Shown piece after piece: positions 31,295 through 40,761 of a stretch of 64,000 bases of DNA. The number at the start of each line of letters is the position of its first letter. The stretch's first letter is position 1. A model generated the notes under the pieces. The model had not been told where the DNA came from, ran no database searches, and worked only from the letters and a program-made list of their open reading frames with translations. Source of the stretch: a virus (lineage: Duplodnaviria; Caudoviricetes). Made by a program: the position numbers and the translations under genes. Where the stretch lies: positions 1-64,000 of IMG/VR virus record IMGVR_UViG_3300001528_000580; one strand, given 5' to 3'.

Positions 31295-31682
31295 AATTAA
31301 TATGAGATTAAATATTAACACATTACCTAACGGAAAATCAGAAATAGATTTTGGCACATTTGATAATGCTGAAATAATTAAAATTTTAGAAGAAAAAACT
31401 TCAACTATAATGCAATATATGAGAAAAAATTTTTCATCTATTACACAAACATTTTTTGTTGTAAATCAAAAAGTAATAGATAGTTTTAATGAAAAATGTA
31501 CTTATAAAAAATCAGAAAACAGAGCATATCATTTGCAAGTAAATCTTAGTAATGGATTAAAAATAATATTTTTATCAAGTAATAGATATTATTATGATGG
31601 AATTAATCATTATGTTGTTGATTATATTGATAATATAAGAACAAATGCAGAACAATTCAAACAATTTTATTATGGATGTTAA
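31287..31682 (+). CDS. hypothetical protein
   Basis: overlap-coupled ORF. Confidence 0.55.
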   Translation: MDKINMRLNINTLPNGKSEIDFGTFDNAEIIKILEEKTSTIMQYMRKNFSSITQTFFVVNQKVIDSFNEKCTYKKSENRAYHLQVNLSNGLKIIFLSSNRYYYDGINHYVVDYIDNIRTNAEQFKQFYYGC

Positions 31683-32171
31683 ATGAAAATATATATTAAA
31701 GATAGATATTGGATTAATAATATATTGAATAAAAAACCAGATTTTTATATGGGTAAAGAAATAATATCTATATATAGTTCAGGTGATACTAGTCCATTTG
31801 TTGATAGATTTAATATATTAAAATTAAATTTTGATGATATAGTTTATCCAGAAGTTTTAAGTGAAAAAGAATTAAATGAAGTTATTTTATTTGATGAAGA
31901 TATGGCTAAACAAATTGTTGAATTTGCACAAAAAATGAATCCAAATAAATTATGTTTTATTCATTGTGATGCAGGAATTAGCAGAAGCGGAGCAGTTGGT
32001 TATGTATTAAATGAATATTTTAATAAGAAATTAGAAAATAATGAAACCGATTTTAATTTTTTTAAGAATGAAAATAAACATATATTACCAAATGATTTAG
32101 TTGTGAAGATATTAAAAAAATCATTTGAACCATTATATTATAAATTATGGAAGGATGCTAATAATGGATAA
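31683..32171 (+). CDS. protein-tyrosine/dual-specificity phosphatase-like protein
   Basis: HCDAGISRS (CX5R) motif. Confidence 0.85.
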   Translation: MKIYIKDRYWINNILNKKPDFYMGKEIISIYSSGDTSPFVDRFNILKLNFDDIVYPEVLSEKELNEVILFDEDMAKQIVEFAQKMNPNKLCFIHCDAGISRSGAVGYVLNEYFNKKLENNETDFNFFKNENKHILPNDLVVKILKKSFEPLYYKLWKDANNG

Positions 32172-32610
32172 ATATAAAGCATATATAAAAGATTTTAATA
32201 TTATAGTTAATGTTGAAAAAATTGATTTTAAAAATAAATTTATTACATGGTTTGATGGACAATATGATAGAAGTTATCCAAAACCAAATAAAATGTATGA
32301 TATTACTAATTTTGATGATTGTATTATATTAAAATATTCTGGATTCTGTGATGATAGAGGAAATGAATTATATGAAGGTGATATTGTTAAATCATTTATA
32401 TTACATCATGGAATAACTACAATAGATTTGTTAAATAAAGAATCAAAATATGTTGTTAAAATTGTTGATAATGATTTTATTTTGCAATCACTTGAAAATC
32501 AAGAAGAATATTGTAAATTATCATCTTTAATATATAGAAAATCAAGAAGAGGAAATAAAGAAATAGTTTCTGTAATAAAAACAAAAAATATATATGAAAA
32601 TTTAGATTAA
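32164..32610 (+). CDS. YopX family protein
   Basis: YSGFCDDRGNELYEGDIV...NIYEN. Confidence 0.75.
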   Translation: MDKYKAYIKDFNIIVNVEKIDFKNKFITWFDGQYDRSYPKPNKMYDITNFDDCIILKYSGFCDDRGNELYEGDIVKSFILHHGITTIDLLNKESKYVVKIVDNDFILQSLENQEEYCKLSSLIYRKSRRGNKEIVSVIKTKNIYENLD

Positions 32611-32619
32611 GGATGTAAT

Positions 32620-32916
32620 ATGAAAACTATACGAGATTACCATATGGCAATAGAAAAAAGGCAAGATTATCAAGAATGGTGTAAAAGAAATGGATATATT
32701 TCTGTTGAAGAATTTTTAAATAGAGGATTAACTTGGGCAATATCAATGTATGATTATGATATTATCGCAGAAGATGCAATTGAAGAATTCGGCAATGACA
32801 TTCCTAATATAGTTAGCGGATTAAAGAATTGGTTAAACTGTCAACATGGTAATGCTAGTTTACAAATAGCAAGGGTAATAGATTCTGTTAAAAAAATTCA
32901 ATTTAATCAAAAATAA
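32620..32916 (+). CDS. hypothetical protein
   Basis: AAGGA RBS. Confidence 0.6.
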   Translation: MKTIRDYHMAIEKRQDYQEWCKRNGYISVEEFLNRGLTWAISMYDYDIIAEDAIEEFGNDIPNIVSGLKNWLNCQHGNASLQIARVIDSVKKIQFNQK

Positions 32917-32955
32917 TAATATTTTTATATTATCCTTTATTAAAAGGAATTTATA

Positions 32956-33840
32956 ATGAAAATAGAAGTAGGAAAATATTTTGCACCACAAAAACCATTT
33001 TTAATAACAAGTGAAATGTTGATTAAAAATGGTTTTTTATTCAAATCACCAGCATGTTATTCTGGAAAAATAATTAAAGTTTTACCAAGTAATGAAATTA
33101 TATATGAAATATTAGGAGAGTATCAAGATAGAATATACTATGATGATTTTAATGAAAAATATATTTATGCAGGTTTTACTAAATATAGATGTCCTTCTTT
33201 TCAAATAAAATATAAATTATTAAATGGAGAAAGTTATTTTGTTAGTAACGAATTAAAATATAATAAAATTTGGAATTTAATTAAATTTAATGGTTATAAT
33301 AAAATTAAAGCAATTAAAAAATTATTGTCTTTAATTGGAAAATTTAAATATGGTGTTGTTGATGTTGAAAATGATAATATTATTACCAATCTAAATGATG
33401 ATATTTTTAGTAATATATATAGTTGGTTAACACCAGATCAAGTATTAAAATATAGATGTGGAGTTTGTTGGGATACTTCTCATGTAAGTAAAATAATTTT
33501 AGAAAAATTAAATATAGAATGTCACGAAATATATTGCGAAATGGATATGAACCAAGATTATCCAACTCATACATTTGTAATAATTAAATTAGATAATAAA
33601 TTTCATATATTTGAAGTTTCTTGGAAAAGTTATATTTCTATTTCTGATGGATTTTATTCTATAAATGAATGCTGTTTTGAAATGTCTAAAAGAATGTATA
33701 ATCAATATCCAAAATCAAAAAATATATCTTTTTATGAAGAAATAAATTATCCTGAATATGGTTGTAGTTGTATTGAGTATATGGATTTTATTAAAAAAAA
33801 TAATCATTGCATATTAATTGATTCGTATATTACAAAATAA
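32956..33840 (+). CDS. transglutaminase/papain-like cysteine-fold protein
   Basis: GVCWD...THTF...FEVSW Cys-His-Glu pattern. Confidence 0.6.
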   Translation: MKIEVGKYFAPQKPFLITSEMLIKNGFLFKSPACYSGKIIKVLPSNEIIYEILGEYQDRIYYDDFNEKYIYAGFTKYRCPSFQIKYKLLNGESYFVSNELKYNKIWNLIKFNGYNKIKAIKKLLSLIGKFKYGVVDVENDNIITNLNDDIFSNIYSWLTPDQVLKYRCGVCWDTSHVSKIILEKLNIECHEIYCEMDMNQDYPTHTFVIIKLDNKFHIFEVSWKSYISISDGFYSINECCFEMSKRMYNQYPKSKNISFYEEINYPEYGCSCIEYMDFIKKNNHCILIDSYITK

Positions 33841-33929
33841 ATTGTTAAAATTATTAATAATATTACATAACAATAACAAACAAAAAAGATAAACAAATAA
33901 AAAAGTCACTCAGTTTTGGAGAAAAATGT

Positions 33930-34415
33930 ATGCTATATAATAAATTGTTAAAATTATCTAAAATATTGCTTGCAGAACAAGCCGATGAAGAACAAAATGT
34001 TGCAATTATGATTGAATATTATGACAATTTTTATAATGCAATAAGAAAACATAATGAACATGAATTTAATGAAATGTTACAATATGTTGATGTTAAAGTA
34101 AATGAATATGCTTATAATTATTCTGATACAGTATTAAAAGAATATTTAAATAAAACATATAAAATATCACCAATAGCTTATGCTTTACAAGCAGATAATT
34201 TATATGCATTTACAAAATTGATAAAACTTGGTTCTGATATAAATGATGAAACACTCGGTTCTAGTTTGCTTGCTATTTGTGCAAAAGATAAAAACAAATC
34301 AATATTTGCAGAACAATTATTAAAAAATCATTGTAAGAAAAATGATGAATTAATTGCTATTGCAAAAATAAATCACAATCCTGATTTTGTAAAAATTTAT
34401 AGAAAATATCAATAA
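33930..34415 (+). CDS. ankyrin-repeat-like protein
   Basis: SPIAYA...LIKLGSDIN...SLLAIC. Confidence 0.55.
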   Translation: MLYNKLLKLSKILLAEQADEEQNVAIMIEYYDNFYNAIRKHNEHEFNEMLQYVDVKVNEYAYNYSDTVLKEYLNKTYKISPIAYALQADNLYAFTKLIKLGSDINDETLGSSLLAICAKDKNKSIFAEQLLKNHCKKNDELIAIAKINHNPDFVKIYRKYQ

Positions 34416-34431
34416 TTAGAGAATTTTTCTA

Positions 34432-34463
34432 TATTTATCAAATTATGAATAATTTGATAAATA
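34432..34463. repeat. 14-bp perfect inverted repeat, TGAA core (H3)
   Basis: TATTTATCAAATTA-TGAA-TAATTTGATAAATA. Confidence 0.9.
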
Positions 34464-34478
34464 AAGGTTTTTCTAGTT

Positions 34479-35051
34479 ATGATAAAAATATATAATGCAA
34501 ATAATAAAGAATTTGTTTCTTCATATGGTACTTCATATAAATTAAATAACCTAACTGATTTAAATATAATATATAATGCTTTTCCATTATTATCTGCACC
34601 AACAGGTTTAACATCCGATACTTCTGATCCTAATTGGACTATAAGTGCAAATTCTTATTTAAATTCTAGTGATGATTGTAAGGCTTACAATGCTTTTAGT
34701 GGAGCAACAGAACTATATGAATATCCAACATGGCATTCAGCAAGTTCTACACAACCTAATTGGTTATGTTGGAAAAATAATAAACAAAAAGTTTTAGTTA
34801 AAAAATTATCAATATGTTGTAGAGGTTATGGAACACAACCATTTGCATCTTTTAAACTACAAGGTTCAAATGATGGATTAGATTGGAATGATTTATTAAA
34901 TGTAACAGGATTATCGTGGAGTAGTGGAGAATTTAAAACATGGACATTACCAGATAATAACAAAGGATTTTATTATCACCGTATTTATATTACTTCGAGT
35001 GAAAATTATACAACTATTTGTCAATTAAAAGCATGGAGTAAAATAGAATAA
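34479..35051 (+). CDS. adhesin-like protein: anchor B + discoidin
   Basis: AYNAF, PNWLCW, FKLQGSNDGLDW, FYYHRIY. Confidence 0.8.
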   Translation: MIKIYNANNKEFVSSYGTSYKLNNLTDLNIIYNAFPLLSAPTGLTSDTSDPNWTISANSYLNSSDDCKAYNAFSGATELYEYPTWHSASSTQPNWLCWKNNKQKVLVKKLSICCRGYGTQPFASFKLQGSNDGLDWNDLLNVTGLSWSSGEFKTWTLPDNNKGFYYHRIYITSSENYTTICQLKAWSKIE

Positions 35052-35094
35052 TTTTAAAAAATATATAATATTTATATTTATAAATATTTTTCTA

Positions 35095-35126
35095 TATCTT
35101 TCAAAATATGAATATTTTGAAAGATA
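35095..35126. repeat. 14-bp perfect inverted repeat, TGAA core (H4)
   Basis: TATCTTTCAAAATA-TGAA-TATTTTGAAAGATA. Confidence 0.9.
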
Positions 35127-35140
35127 AGGAAATTTTAAAT

Positions 35141-35728
35141 ATGATTAAAATATATAATAAAGATCATTTAGTTTATGGATATACGCATGGATATGATAGT
35201 TTAAATAATTCTGATCTTATTTACAAAGAAATAGAATTAGTAACTCCTGACAATATGAGTGATTTTGAAAATGATTTATGGAAAATAACTACAACAGGTC
35301 AATATAGTGATCGTTATATGTGGAAAGCATTTGACAACGATAAATCAACATGGGCAGATTCAAGAGGAAGTACTTCACCAAGATTTTTTGGTTGGAATAG
35401 AAAAGATGGAAAGAAAAGTAAGATAACTTATTATGAAGTATATTCAATAGCAGTTGGTGCTACTGGTGATAATATGGGTGAGTGGAAATTACAAGGTAGT
35501 GACGATGAAACCAATTGGAAAGATGTCCATCATGTTGGTAATCCAAATGTTATAACTTCATGGGTTGATAATAAAAATACTGATGCTCCACCAATGACTT
35601 TTGAAGTAAATTCTAATGAGTATTTTTCAAATTATAGAATCATTTTTATAAGAAATGCTCAAGGTTCTACAAATACAGAATATTTACCATATATATGCGA
35701 ATTTAAAGCATATGGTAAATTTAAATAA
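35141..35728 (+). CDS. adhesin-like protein: anchor C + discoidin
   Basis: WKAFD, WKLQGSDDETNW, YRI. Start MIKIY at 35141 after AAGGA. Confidence 0.8.
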   Translation: MIKIYNKDHLVYGYTHGYDSLNNSDLIYKEIELVTPDNMSDFENDLWKITTTGQYSDRYMWKAFDNDKSTWADSRGSTSPRFFGWNRKDGKKSKITYYEVYSIAVGATGDNMGEWKLQGSDDETNWKDVHHVGNPNVITSWVDNKNTDAPPMTFEVNSNEYFSNYRIIFIRNAQGSTNTEYLPYICEFKAYGKFK

Positions 35729-35775
35729 ATTTTAAATATTTTATATTTTATAAAGATAAAAGGATTTTATAAAAT

Positions 35776-37749
35776 ATGGAAATAGAAAGATTAAATAACT
35801 CTGATTTAAAATTTCTTGAATCAAGAATTAAATTAAAAGGAATGAAGTTAAAACGTTCTAATAAAATATTAATTTCATATAAATTATATAAATTATCAAA
35901 ATTGATTTATGCTGAATTAACACCATCACAAAAATCACTTGTGAAAAAATATGAAAGACAAAGAAATAAGTCGTTAAAATTTGGTGAATTTAATTTTAAT
36001 GGTTTAGGTAGAGCATATTTTAAAGTAAATTATACTGAAAAAGAATTAGAAATAGATCCAGAAATAAAAGAAGTATTAGATAAAGCTGGATTTTTCTGTC
36101 CCGACTATAAGGAAGGATATGTTTATAAAAATGGTGATACAGAGTTAAAAAGAAAATATGGCTTAATCTCTATTTTAGATAAAAATGTTAAAGATAAAGA
36201 TAGATTTAAGCAATTAAAAAAGTTATTTGATGGAAGATTGGGAACAGGCAGAAAAGAAGTAAGCAAAAAGTTATTGTTAGTTATATCTCATAATTCAGAA
36301 GATATTGGTGCAATGAGTACAGGAAGAGATTGGACTTCTTGTATGAATTTAAAGGATGGTATGTATAAAGATACTCCATTAAAGCAAGTAAAATATGGTG
36401 GAATGGTAGCATATTTAATTTTTGAAGATGATAAAAACATTGAACATCCAATAGCTAGAATAGCCATAAAAAGATTTATTAATGAATTAGATGAAAATGC
36501 ATATGTTTTTGCAGCAGAAAACAGAATATATGGAGAAATTGATACTGCTAAAAATGCAAATATGCAAGAACAATTAAAGAAATTATTAGAAAAATCAAAT
36601 AAAGTTACTGGAAAAAGTTCTGGTATTTATGTAAGAAAAGATGAGGATAGTTATTCTGATTCTAAAGTAAATGAAATTGTTAAATTAACTCCTAAAAATG
36701 TGAATGAAATTTTAATGAAGTTTAATGAAGGGCATATTGTTAATAAAATAACAAATCTTATTATTAGTAATGAGATTAAAGTAAAATATCTTAAAAAAGA
36801 TGTTTTTGAAAAATTTTTTAATAATATGAGTAGTTATTCACAATATATAGTAATAATGAACAATAAGATAAAAAGTAAAAAATATATTATACAAACAATA
36901 AAACACTTGTTGGCAGGTAGAGGGTTTAATGATTATCCATCAATGATATTGAATTTATTAATATATGGAAATATTAAAAATAAAAAATTATATATGGAAT
37001 TGTTTAATATTGCAAGTGGAAATACTGTAAAGCGTATAATATCAGAAAAAGATAATAATCCAGAATTATATAATTCATTTTTGAATTATATTTTAAAGAA
37101 CAAAGATGTTTATTTATTGGAAACGTTTATTGTAAGAGGATTAGTTTATTTAAATGAAGATTTGTTAAAATTATATCTTGAAGAAAGACCAAGAGCATTA
37201 ATAGAAATATTAGAAAATAAAGAAGATATTATTAAAAATAATAAAAATTATATAGATATAATAATAAATTATTTTAACAAAAATGATGATGGAGATAATT
37301 TTTTATATAAGTTTTTAGATTTGTTCAATGAATATATGACTGATGAACAAATTGATAAAATACTTAAAAATTTGGCAAATGGTTATTATCAAAATGTAAT
37401 GGTTAATTGCTATGAAAAATATCCAAAATTCAGAGATAATATTATTGAATATCTTTTTGAATCTAAAAAAATTGCAATGCTTTATACATTAATGGCAAAA
37501 CATGATGTTAAATTTACTGACGAACAATTCAAAGAAATGATTTATAATGGCATTAATAATGGTATAGAAAGCCATATTTTAGTAAGAATGATACGTGAAG
37601 GTATGATTACTGATAATACAATGAAAAGTGATATTATTGATTCTTTGATTAAAGAAAGAGAAGATTATTTCTTAAGAGAATTGTTAAAAAGAGGTACTAA
37701 TAAGGAAATGAAAGAAAAAATAAGAAAGTATTTAAGAACAAGAAGATAA
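35776..37749 (+). CDS. large phage protein with MSTGRDWTSCM domain and helical C-terminus
   Basis: 657 aa ORF, AAGGA RBS; function unknown. Confidence 0.7.
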   Translation: MEIERLNNSDLKFLESRIKLKGMKLKRSNKILISYKLYKLSKLIYAELTPSQKSLVKKYERQRNKSLKFGEFNFNGLGRAYFKVNYTEKELEIDPEIKEVLDKAGFFCPDYKEGYVYKNGDTELKRKYGLISILDKNVKDKDRFKQLKKLFDGRLGTGRKEVSKKLLLVISHNSEDIGAMSTGRDWTSCMNLKDGMYKDTPLKQVKYGGMVAYLIFEDDKNIEHPIARIAIKRFINELDENAYVFAAENRIYGEIDTAKNANMQEQLKKLLEKSNKVTGKSSGIYVRKDEDSYSDSKVNEIVKLTPKNVNEILMKFNEGHIVNKITNLIISNEIKVKYLKKDVFEKFFNNMSSYSQYIVIMNNKIKSKKYIIQTIKHLLAGRGFNDYPSMILNLLIYGNIKNKKLYMELFNIASGNTVKRIISEKDNNPELYNSFLNYILKNKDVYLLETFIVRGLVYLNEDLLKLYLEERPRALIEILENKEDIIKNNKNYIDIIINYFNKNDDGDNFLYKFLDLFNEYMTDEQIDKILKNLANGYYQNVMVNCYEKYPKFRDNIIEYLFESKKIAMLYTLMAKHDVKFTDEQFKEMIYNGINNGIESHILVRMIREGMITDNTMKSDIIDSLIKEREDYFLRELLKRGTNKEMKEKIRKYLRTRR

Positions 37750-37769
37750 AATATTAAAATATTTTATAT

Positions 37770-37808
37770 AATCTCATAATCATTTATGTGGTTATGAGAT
37801 TTTTTTTA
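37770..37808 (+). terminator. intrinsic terminator
   Basis: AATCTCATAATCA/TGGTTATGAGATT stem plus T-run. Confidence 0.55.
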
Positions 37809-38495
37809 TATTCTTTAAGCTATAAAGATCATTTAGTCTATGGATATTGTAAAGGATATGATAGTTGTAGTGGAGCAGATATATTATATAGATTAATTCC
37901 AACAGAAGGATTAGTTCTTGATATACCATTAAAGGAAGATAAAAATATTGCAGAAACCGGACAAACTTTGACTAAAAATGGAACTATATTGTATCAAGTT
38001 GATTCTGGTATACCATGCGCTTATTTGGACACATCAAATTATATTACATTTGCAACAACAAATCTTCCAACAGGAAGTTCACCAAGAACAATAAGTTTAT
38101 GGACGAAAATACAAACATATGGGTATGTTTTTTCATATGGTGATTATAGTAGCACAAGGTTTTTCGGATTACAGTTTAGATCATCTGATATTGTTTATTT
38201 TACACAACATGGTGGTGGAGTATATGTTAATTCTACAAAAGATTTAACTTCATGGCATCATATTTGTATGACATTATCAGATAGTAATGCTTTGAATTGT
38301 GTTTTTTATGTTGATGGAGTGAAATATAATTTAAAATCAGTTGGTGGTGGAACAATTAATACAAATAGTACAACTGGTCATTTAATGGGAAGATCAGGCA
38401 ATCATGTTAAAGGATATTTATCATCAGTTAGATTATATAACAGAGTTTTATCAGAAGATGAAATTGTATTATTATCTAAAGAATTCAAGATTTAA
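37788..38495 (+). CDS. adhesin-like protein: anchor C + LamG (start uncertain)
   Basis: KDHLVYGY anchor; TISLW, WHHICMT, FYVDG, RLYNRVL. Confidence 0.7.
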   Translation: MVMRFFLYSLSYKDHLVYGYCKGYDSCSGADILYRLIPTEGLVLDIPLKEDKNIAETGQTLTKNGTILYQVDSGIPCAYLDTSNYITFATTNLPTGSSPRTISLWTKIQTYGYVFSYGDYSSTRFFGLQFRSSDIVYFTQHGGGVYVNSTKDLTSWHHICMTLSDSNALNCVFYVDGVKYNLKSVGGGTINTNSTTGHLMGRSGNHVKGYLSSVRLYNRVLSEDEIVLLSKEFKI

Positions 38496-38509
38496 ATATT
38501 TTTTTATAT

Positions 38510-38535
38510 TCTCTAAACTATTCATAGTTTAGAGA
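38510..38535. repeat. 11-bp perfect inverted repeat, TTCA core (H5)
   Basis: TCTCTAAACTA-TTCA-TAGTTTAGAGA. Confidence 0.85.
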
Positions 38536-38537
38536 TA

Positions 38538-38577
38538 ATGTTTAAACTATTCTAAAATATAAGGATAGTTTAAACAT
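38538..38577 (+). promoter_or_regulatory. RBS-occluding hairpin
   Basis: ATGTTTAAACTATTCT pairs with AGGATAGTTTAAACAT (one G-U), covering the RBS and start codon. Confidence 0.6.
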
Positions 38578-39301
38578 GATAAGAATATATAATATTAACA
38601 ATAATAAATTTGTTTCTGATTATGGAACATCATATAAATTAAACAGTCTTAGTCAATCAGATATTTTATACAATAAAATACCTACAAGGGAGTTGATTTT
38701 TTATAATTCATTTTCTAATGATTCAGTTATTGCAGAAACAGGTCAACAATTGAATATTAGCAATAGTTCATATGTAACAAAAAATTTATTAATAGATAAT
38801 ATTCCTTGTTGGAAAATAAGGAAATATTGTTATATTGATATAACAGAAAGTAATATAAACTATGCACAACAACCAATTACTCTATCTGTATGGATTAATT
38901 TAATTGGGACAGATGCTTCTTGGGGCAGAATTATTTCGATAGGAAATTATAATCAGTATAAAGAGTTTGCAATTAGTTTATTTGGTAATAATGGCATTTA
39001 TTTTACAGCAGGTAATGGGGATAGTGGTAATTGGATTAGTGAATATCCAGTAACATCAAACAAGTGGTATCATGTATTAGGATATACAGATGGTAGTAAA
39101 GCATATTTATATATAAATGGTATTTATCATAATAGTGTGGATTTAACTGCTGATAATAATGTTGCACAAGAAAAAAGGATTAGAATATTAGGTAATTCTA
39201 GTAAAATTATACCAGATTGTTATATTTCATGTGTGAGAGTTTATAATAGAGTTTTAAATGAAAATGAAATCATTAATTTATCTAAAGAATTTGAAATATA
39301 A
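38576..39301 (+). CDS. adhesin-like protein: anchor B + LamG
   Basis: TLSVWI, WYHV, LYING, RVYNRVL. Confidence 0.8.
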   Translation: MIRIYNINNNKFVSDYGTSYKLNSLSQSDILYNKIPTRELIFYNSFSNDSVIAETGQQLNISNSSYVTKNLLIDNIPCWKIRKYCYIDITESNINYAQQPITLSVWINLIGTDASWGRIISIGNYNQYKEFAISLFGNNGIYFTAGNGDSGNWISEYPVTSNKWYHVLGYTDGSKAYLYINGIYHNSVDLTADNNVAQEKRIRILGNSSKIIPDCYISCVRVYNRVLNENEIINLSKEFEI

Positions 39302-39320
39302 ATATTATTTGTAAAATAAC

Positions 39321-39348
39321 TTGAATTATAAATAATCTATGCTATATT
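39321..39348 (+). promoter_or_regulatory. promoter TTGAAT-N16-TATATT
   Basis: consensus match. Confidence 0.7.
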
Positions 39349-39377
39349 AATATTATTAACTTAAATGAGAGGTTATC

Positions 39378-39884
39378 ATGGATGAAATAAATGAGATGAA
39401 GCAATTGGCGAATAAACTCATTGAATTAAATCAACAGTATGATTCTTTTGATGATTATATTTTGAATTGTTTTGATTTTTATAAAAATTTTAGCAATGAA
39501 TCATGGAGAGATGAATTTGAAGATATTCATTCAATTGAATTTTTTGCAAATGGATTTATAAATATTAGATGTGGTCTAGATTTTAACGCTGGATTCGATG
39601 GAGAAAAAGATAGAAATAATTTGTCAGATGATATAAAAGATAATATAACTTCTTATTATGTACAAATGTTAAAGGCACTATTAAATTCTAAAGATTTAGA
39701 TAATATTTATTTATTACATAGAATCTGTGCGTTTAATGGTATACCTGGATTTTTTAAAAGTTCTGATGACAAGAAAAAAGCATTAGATGAAATAAATGAA
39801 TTGAATTCTGAAATTTTTTCTGATCCGGTTATGAAAGAAAAGGCAAAAAATTATAAAGTAAGAGATAGAAAAATTAAGGAGTAA
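39378..39884 (+). CDS. hypothetical protein
   Basis: GAGG RBS. Confidence 0.65.
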   Translation: MDEINEMKQLANKLIELNQQYDSFDDYILNCFDFYKNFSNESWRDEFEDIHSIEFFANGFINIRCGLDFNAGFDGEKDRNNLSDDIKDNITSYYVQMLKALLNSKDLDNIYLLHRICAFNGIPGFFKSSDDKKKALDEINELNSEIFSDPVMKEKAKNYKVRDRKIKE

Positions 39885-39887
39885 TTG

Positions 39888-40352
39888 ATGTCAGAAAAAT
39901 ATTTAAAACAGGAAACAGTTGATAAATTATTGCAATTTTATAAAGATCATAATAGAGTAAGAAATAATTGCGTAGTTATTGATAAGTTAGATGATTATTT
40001 AAATTTACTAAATAATAATAAAGATAAAAAAATAAAATATACATATCCTGATGAAGAAAATGGATTTTCACTTATTTTAACAGAAAAATGTTCAAGTGTA
40101 ATAAATGATCCAGAAATGATATTTGTATTTAATTGCTTTTCATTACCATTTGAATTTATAAATGACAATGATATGTTAGAAGCATATCGTTCTATTATTA
40201 GAATAATTGATCATGAAATAAATAGATATAATTTATTATCAGATGACAAAATATTATATTATATAATATCTCAAGAAATTAATTGTGAATTAGATAATGT
40301 TAATCAATCATGTCATTTGTATAATTCATTATCAATGTTTTATTTTGATTGA
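39888..40352 (+). CDS. hypothetical protein
   Basis: AAGGAG RBS. Confidence 0.6.
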   Translation: MSEKYLKQETVDKLLQFYKDHNRVRNNCVVIDKLDDYLNLLNNNKDKKIKYTYPDEENGFSLILTEKCSSVINDPEMIFVFNCFSLPFEFINDNDMLEAYRSIIRIIDHEINRYNLLSDDKILYYIISQEINCELDNVNQSCHLYNSLSMFYFD

Positions 40353-40361
40353 GGATTATAT

Positions 40362-40658
40362 ATGGAAAAAGACGAATATTACGATGATATAATTGAAAAA
40401 TTTCAAGAAGAAACAATGTTTTATTCTTCTACTCATGCTGCTATGGCAACCGAATCAGCTAAAATATTATTAAAAATTGAACCAGAATATTTTTATAAAT
40501 TGTTTGAACATTTAGATAGTAATTGGTTTATTATTTTAATAATAAATGAAGTAATTCCAGATTTAAAAATAAATATTCCAAATGAAAAACTTGGTTGTAT
40601 TGATTATATTTTTGAACAATATAAAGAGTACGGTAAAGAACACGGCTATTTAAAATAA
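40362..40658 (+). CDS. hypothetical protein
   Basis: GAGGA RBS. Confidence 0.6.
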   Translation: MEKDEYYDDIIEKFQEETMFYSSTHAAMATESAKILLKIEPEYFYKLFEHLDSNWFIILIINEVIPDLKINIPNEKLGCIDYIFEQYKEYGKEHGYLK

Positions 40659-40681
40659 TTATTACATTATAATATATGATT

Positions 40682-40721
40682 ATTGGTATACTTTCGTTAT
40701 AGAAGATATACCAATTTTTTT
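40682..40721 (+). terminator. intrinsic terminator
   Basis: ATTGGTATA/TATACCAAT stem plus T-run. Confidence 0.65.
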
Positions 40722-40761
40722 ATATATTATTTAATTAATTAATATTATTTTGAGGTTAAAA

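Noticed and set aside
37770-37801. Sixth member of the TGAA/TTCA hairpin family
   Set aside because: Different loop, a G-U pair and a following T-run fit an ordinary terminator better.
10955-39301. Diversity-generating retroelement acting on the adhesin genes
   Set aside because: No reverse transcriptase in the window, and I found no template/variable repeat pair differing only at adenines.
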